Sequence record: MN158215
Strand: one strand, 5' to 3'
Length of the DNA stretch: 51,448 nt
From: Escherichia phage BEK12B
Below the pieces are notes generated by a model, which did no database searches, was not told where the DNA came from, and was given only the letters and a program-made list of their open reading frames with translations. Positions 47,659-51,448 of the stretch are shown piece after piece. Every line of letters begins with the position of its first letter. The stretch's first letter is position 1. The translations under genes were made by a program, and so were the position numbers.

Positions 47659-48111
47659 TTAAAATGGGATGTCAGAATCAAAGTCCATAGGAGGCTGATT
47701 GCTTTGTCTTGGCTGTTGCGGTTGTTGCTGTTGATTCTGTTGTTGTTGCTGCCCCCATCCTCCTTGAGTTCGCTGCTGATATTGTTGCTGGCTTTCCCCG
47801 CGCTGACTGAAGATAAGATTTGCAAATCCTCCTGGCATTAAACTTGAATACAGATTTCCGTTATATTCACGCGTTTCAATGCGCAGCGTGTCGCAAGATA
47901 CAGAAATAACCTTGCCAACCTGGAATGCCTCATCATACCAACCCTTAAGACCTTCTGTTTTAGCATTAAAAAAGAAACTGTAGTTTGTATATTGCCAGTT
48001 TCCATCTTTATCTTTGTATCGCTCTGAAAGTTCAACCACATAAAGTGTGCTGCCGTTAGGCATTTGCTTTACTCGCGGCTCTTTTCGGATCTCACCAGTA
48101 ATAATATGCAT
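47659..48111 (-). CDS. ssb: single-stranded DNA-binding protein
   Basis: OB-fold-like N-terminal region, Gln/Gly-rich linker and acidic C-terminal tail DFDSDIPF. Confidence 0.8.
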   Translation of the reverse strand: MHIITGEIRKEPRVKQMPNGSTLYVVELSERYKDKDGNWQYTNYSFFFNAKTEGLKGWYDEAFQVGKVISVSCDTLRIETREYNGNLYSSLMPGGFANLIFSQRGESQQQYQQRTQGGWGQQQQQNQQQQPQQPRQSNQPPMDFDSDIPF

Positions 48112-48155
48112 TATTTATTCTCCTGCAAGAAAGGGGCGCAAGCGCCCCATGTCAA

Positions 48156-48812
48156 TTATTCAAAGTCAGTTATTCTTTGTGATTTTACTTGCTCGTCGTT
48201 TTTTGTGTCAACGTCTTGAGCGGCAAGATTTTGTTTTGGTTGCGCTGGATTAAATCCTCGTGCTTTTCCGATCTCAAGTTCTGCCTTGCGCTTTTCGTAA
48301 TGCTCTTTAATTACCTGCTTGCTTGCCGGATCGCTTGCCTTCCATGCTGATTTTAGCACTTCTTGTAATTCGTTTACGCTTTCGCATTTCTCAATGTCAC
48401 GCTTCCAGTCGTTTGCAGATTTAACGGCAATCTGAGCGTCATCGTCTGCCTGGCTTAAGCCAAATGCTGCTGCTGCTGCATAACGACGCGCGTATGTGAA
48501 TGCAGATCCGACACCTTGAGGATCGTTTTTAACTATTGGTAGCTCTGCGTAAAATTTCACCCACTGACCGGAAACATGAAGAACTGTTGTCTCAACTTTG
48601 ATGCGGTTAGGTTGTTCGCTTTCGATCATATCCTGCATCAACATTAGCGCGTTATCGTTCAGTGCTGGGGTGATTGCATCAAGTACGGCATCAAGTGTTG
48701 CGTAACGGTTTTTAAGGTGAGTGTTTTGCTTATCCTTCTTTACCTTTACAAACAAACTACGCGCCTTATGCAGTGCTGGTAAAACCTTGTCGAATTGCTC
48801 TGATAGTTTCAT
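48156..48812 (-). CDS. erf: Erf-family single-strand annealing protein
   Basis: [17 protein letters not shown] signature-like segment; located between exonuclease and SSB. Confidence 0.7.
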   Translation of the reverse strand: MKLSEQFDKVLPALHKARSLFVKVKKDKQNTHLKNRYATLDAVLDAITPALNDNALMLMQDMIESEQPNRIKVETTVLHVSGQWVKFYAELPIVKNDPQGVGSAFTYARRYAAAAAFGLSQADDDAQIAVKSANDWKRDIEKCESVNELQEVLKSAWKASDPASKQVIKEHYEKRKAELEIGKARGFNPAQPKQNLAAQDVDTKNDEQVKSQRITDFE

Positions 48813-48857
48813 GATTAATCCCCGTAATTCATGGCGGCTTTCGCCGCCTTATTGCTG

Positions 48858-49136
48858 TTAATGTTTTGTTTCTTCTTTGGTGTGTAATTTAATCAGATTT
48901 TCCATCATGCGATCAGAACTTTCTTTTACCGCCTTGATTGCTTCCTCGTTGTCTTCGCTCATTGTTGCAATGAGTACGACGTTATCGACTGCATCCATTA
49001 CTTTTCTGATGTACTCCATTTCTTCTGCGCCTGCCGTTGGGTCAAGGGGCGCTACAAAGTCACGAAGCAACATAGCCATGCCAGTTGCAAAATTATTGAT
49101 ATGAACTGCTACCTCTGAAACTTGTTTGTTTTCCAT
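48858..49136 (-). CDS. hypothetical protein
   Basis: 92 aa acidic ORF between exonuclease and Erf. Confidence 0.45.
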   Translation of the reverse strand: MENKQVSEVAVHINNFATGMAMLLRDFVAPLDPTAGAEEMEYIRKVMDAVDNVVLIATMSEDNEEAIKAVKESSDRMMENLIKLHTKEETKH

Positions 49137-49217
49137 GTTTATTTCCTTACGCTTGTTGTTAACTTATGCGGTGAATTATAACACCGCATTTTTCATTTGT
49201 TTAGCTATTTGTGCTGT

Positions 49218-50276
49218 TTAAATAAGATATTGCTTAAACTGGCGTCGCACCCAATCAGGAGTATCAAGGCAAACCTCCGGCTCACCGTTTGAATACGAAG
49301 GCCAAACGTCATGATGCTGGCACATGGCAAACTGGTTAATCACGCTCATGTACTGAATGCGCCCAATCTTCAATTGCTCGTTGTTCATGCGGAAAGCCAA
49401 CGGCAAATAAGGCTCTTTCTTCTCTTGCGCTAACAGGCGCACAACTATAGGTCGCTTTTCTTCTGGATACGCTTTCCTGAATAAATCACATTGCAACGCC
49501 ATTTTAAGATAATAGCCGTGATTGTAAGCCAGGCGCATAAACTCAGCCGGATTCGCGCTCATTGTAGTTTTGTAGTCTGTGATCACAATGGCCTCTGGAT
49601 AAATAATATCGCGGCAAATCGGCTGACCTTTTTCATCGTAACCATCAATCAGCGTTGCGGTGACGTTCTTTGTTACGTCAACGTGATCGCATCGCACTTT
49701 GACTTTTACGCCGTTAATTTCACCGAACAACGATAATTCACGTTGTGCTGTCTTGCTATTCATGCATGCGTTATGTTCCGGTATTGATTCCAGAACCTGT
49801 CGCATTGCCACGCAAGCATCGTAATCTTTAGCTTCGATTAACTGAACCCCATCGGCCCTCGCCTGACTTTCTGCGATCATGTCGATTAACCACATGACGT
49901 TAAGGTCTTCTCCGCAGTCAACCAACATTTTTATAAGTTCAGGGTAAGTCTTTCCTGTTGTACCTTTCAGGCCAAATGATTTTAGCTTTGCAGCAAGCGC
50001 CGTTTGGCTGGTTATCAGATCCTTAAAGTCTTCTGGTGCTGGCGCACGGCGATAGGTTTTTTCGAAAAGCTCCTTGCTTTCAAAATTGGTATGCGACTGC
50101 GTACCGAAAACAAGTGCTTTGGTTTCCTGGCGAGGCTTGTACTTCCAGTACGCCGGGCAAGTGCTGTAAATCTCAGCCAGGCTGGAACCGCTGACGTATT
50201 CAGCCGTCCACGCGTTAGGATCATGATAAAGCTCATTGCTCATTTCTTCGCTAGTATAGGCGTTAAAATCACTCAT
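49218..50276 (-). CDS. PD-(D/E)XK recombination exonuclease (RecB/RecE-like)
   Basis: IITDYKTT and CDHVDV nuclease motifs; first gene of recombination operon; RBS GAGGAG. Confidence 0.65.
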   Translation of the reverse strand: MSDFNAYTSEEMSNELYHDPNAWTAEYVSGSSLAEIYSTCPAYWKYKPRQETKALVFGTQSHTNFESKELFEKTYRRAPAPEDFKDLITSQTALAAKLKSFGLKGTTGKTYPELIKMLVDCGEDLNVMWLIDMIAESQARADGVQLIEAKDYDACVAMRQVLESIPEHNACMNSKTAQRELSLFGEINGVKVKVRCDHVDVTKNVTATLIDGYDEKGQPICRDIIYPEAIVITDYKTTMSANPAEFMRLAYNHGYYLKMALQCDLFRKAYPEEKRPIVVRLLAQEKKEPYLPLAFRMNNEQLKIGRIQYMSVINQFAMCQHHDVWPSYSNGEPEVCLDTPDWVRRQFKQYLI

Positions 50277-50306
50277 CTTTAATGCTCCTCGTTGCTTTGT
50301 GTGTGC

Positions 50307-50334
50307 ATTGTAGCCATTTGGTTGATTTAGTCAA
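50307..50334 (-). promoter_or_regulatory. canonical sigma70-type promoter for recombination operon
   Basis: minus sense TTGACT - 16 nt - TACAAT, about 30 nt upstream of exonuclease start. Confidence 0.55.
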
Positions 50335-50460
50335 TAGTTGTTTTGTTTTTTCTGTTTTCTAAACGTTCTCAGATGGCAATAAAACAAATTTGACGCGTAA
50401 GTTAATGATTAATATGTGTTATTTTTCTTGTTCCCTTGTTCTATCAGATACGCCGGATTA

Positions 50461-50640
50461 TATACATACACATGAATGATGGCACATACAGATACTCAGA
50501 AAGAAAAATCACCACAAACAACCAAAACCACAAGAAACACAGATAACAAGAAAAAACAAATATACATACATAAATAAATAAACTATTGATTTTATATGTA
50601 TATATCTATTTTATTGATTATTTATTGTTCTTATGTTGGC
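50461..50640 (+). repeat. G-poor A/C-rich module B
   Basis: same ordered blocks as 28738..28930, with TTATTGATT repeated three times. Confidence 0.6.
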
Positions 50641-50701
50641 TAAGATTTGCGCTAAATTTACGCCGCCTTAAATCCGATAACACCGGAAAACAAAAAATAA
50701 C

Positions 50702-50722
50702 AAATAGCACTTTTTGCTAAAC
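50702..50722 (+). promoter_or_regulatory. conserved element copy plus TATAGT
   Basis: AAATAGCACTTTTTGCTAAAC then 18 nt then TATAGT, upstream of lipoprotein gene. Confidence 0.5.
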
Positions 50723-50777
50723 TCGGCTTGCCGGATCGTGTATAGTTACAGCCAACAACAACTAAGGAGTATTGAAG

Positions 50778-51053
50778 ATGAAAAAATTAATCGCAGTTAT
50801 CGCCACCGTAGCCGCCCTGACCGGATGTTCTTCTTCGCCTACTGGCAACTTCAAGGAGATCGATTGCACGGCAAAATTTAACGTTAAAACATTCCCTGTT
50901 AACGGATTCCATGAAGTTAAAATTAATGCGGTCCGCGAAAACAGATTCAGCCAAAAGCAATACAGGTTGAGCGTTGACAATAAAGAAGTTAAATTTATCA
51001 ACCGTTGGCAAGATGAAAGAAAATTCATTGATTTGAGGTGCAAAAATGGCTGA
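50778..51053 (+). CDS. lipoprotein, candidate superinfection-exclusion (Cor/Llp-like) protein
   Basis: signal peptide with lipobox LTGC; RBS AAGGAG; located in fibre/receptor-binding locus. Confidence 0.55.
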   Translation: MKKLIAVIATVAALTGCSSSPTGNFKEIDCTAKFNVKTFPVNGFHEVKINAVRENRFSQKQYRLSVDNKEVKFINRWQDERKFIDLRCKNG

Positions 51054-51324
51054 ATATGGGTATGCAATATATGATGAGCAAGGTAGAAATGTTACTGGCC
51101 TTTTAACTCCAGTTTTTTTCTTGGATAAATTTACTCAATCATCTGGCAGTAAGACCTACTCAAACAGGCCTCCAGGTAAGTCGTTGAAAGCAATATATGT
51201 TGGAATGAATTCGTGGCGCGGAGGAGATCCTGGCGCTCCAAGTTTAGGTGTAAGTGGTGATACCGTTACATGGAGCGGACTTTCTGGATCTGACTCAAGA
51301 TATATATATACTTTTTGGGGGTAA
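51046..51324 (+). CDS. hypothetical protein, paralog family with 156..497 and 51327..
   Basis: 92 aa; N-terminal pattern shared with neighbouring ORFs. Confidence 0.4.
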   Translation: MAEYGYAIYDEQGRNVTGLLTPVFFLDKFTQSSGSKTYSNRPPGKSLKAIYVGMNSWRGGDPGAPSLGVSGDTVTWSGLSGSDSRYIYTFWG

Positions 51325-51326
51325 TA

Positions 51327-51448
51327 ATGTACGGGATGAGCATAAAAAAACCAGACGGATCATTGTGGTTAAGTCCAGATTTCACTCCTGTTAACCTTAT
51401 AGATAAAGGTAAAATATCAGCAAAAACAGGAACCGTTTTTAATACTTC
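51327..51448 (+). CDS. hypothetical protein, 3' end truncated by window edge
   Basis: ATG at 51327 directly after previous stop; ORF runs off the window. Confidence 0.3.
   Translation, partial: MYGMSIKKPDGSLWLSPDFTPVNLIDKGKISAKTGTVFNT

Noticed and set aside
1-51448. Temperate lifestyle (integrase, repressor, attachment site) or tRNA genes
   Set aside because: No tyrosine or serine recombinase-like ORF, no CI-like repressor and no tRNA-like cloverleaf were seen; the HTH proteins present do not sit in a lysogeny-module context.

Overview
This 51.4-kb window looks like a near-complete genome of a virulent T1-like siphophage (Drexlerviridae-type organisation), read from the sequence and ORF translations only; no database search was run. 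A long minus-strand late operon (about 0.5-20.8 kb) runs terminase small/large, portal, head morphogenesis, scaffold, two paralogous decoration-like proteins, major capsid, connector proteins, major tail protein, G/GT chaperone with a -1 frameshift site, tape measure, M/L/K/I and a 1192-aa J-like tip fibre. An early block of small minus-strand genes (20.9-28.6 kb) includes a P-loop kinase and a T4 Pnk-like HAD phosphatase. A plus-strand block (29.3-35.9 kb) carries a cytosine-methyltransferase-like gene and two HNH endonucleases, one frameshifted. The rest holds a holin/SAR-endolysin/u-spanin lysis cassette, a Dam-like methylase, VRR-NUC nuclease, SF2 helicase, primase, a lateral tail fibre with a C-terminal self-cleaving chaperone domain, SSB, Erf and a PD-(D/E)XK exonuclease. 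No integrase, repressor, tRNA or CRISPR array was seen. The most notable non-genic signal is a conserved ~21-bp element (AAATAGCAC-TTTTTGTTAAAAC and a GAATTG variant) in at least 14 sense-oriented copies, about 18 nt upstream of -10-like hexamers. Other points: two homologous G-poor A/C-rich modules, four intact HNH genes plus decayed copies, and an N-masked partial duplicate of the holin region at 37.08-37.51 kb.
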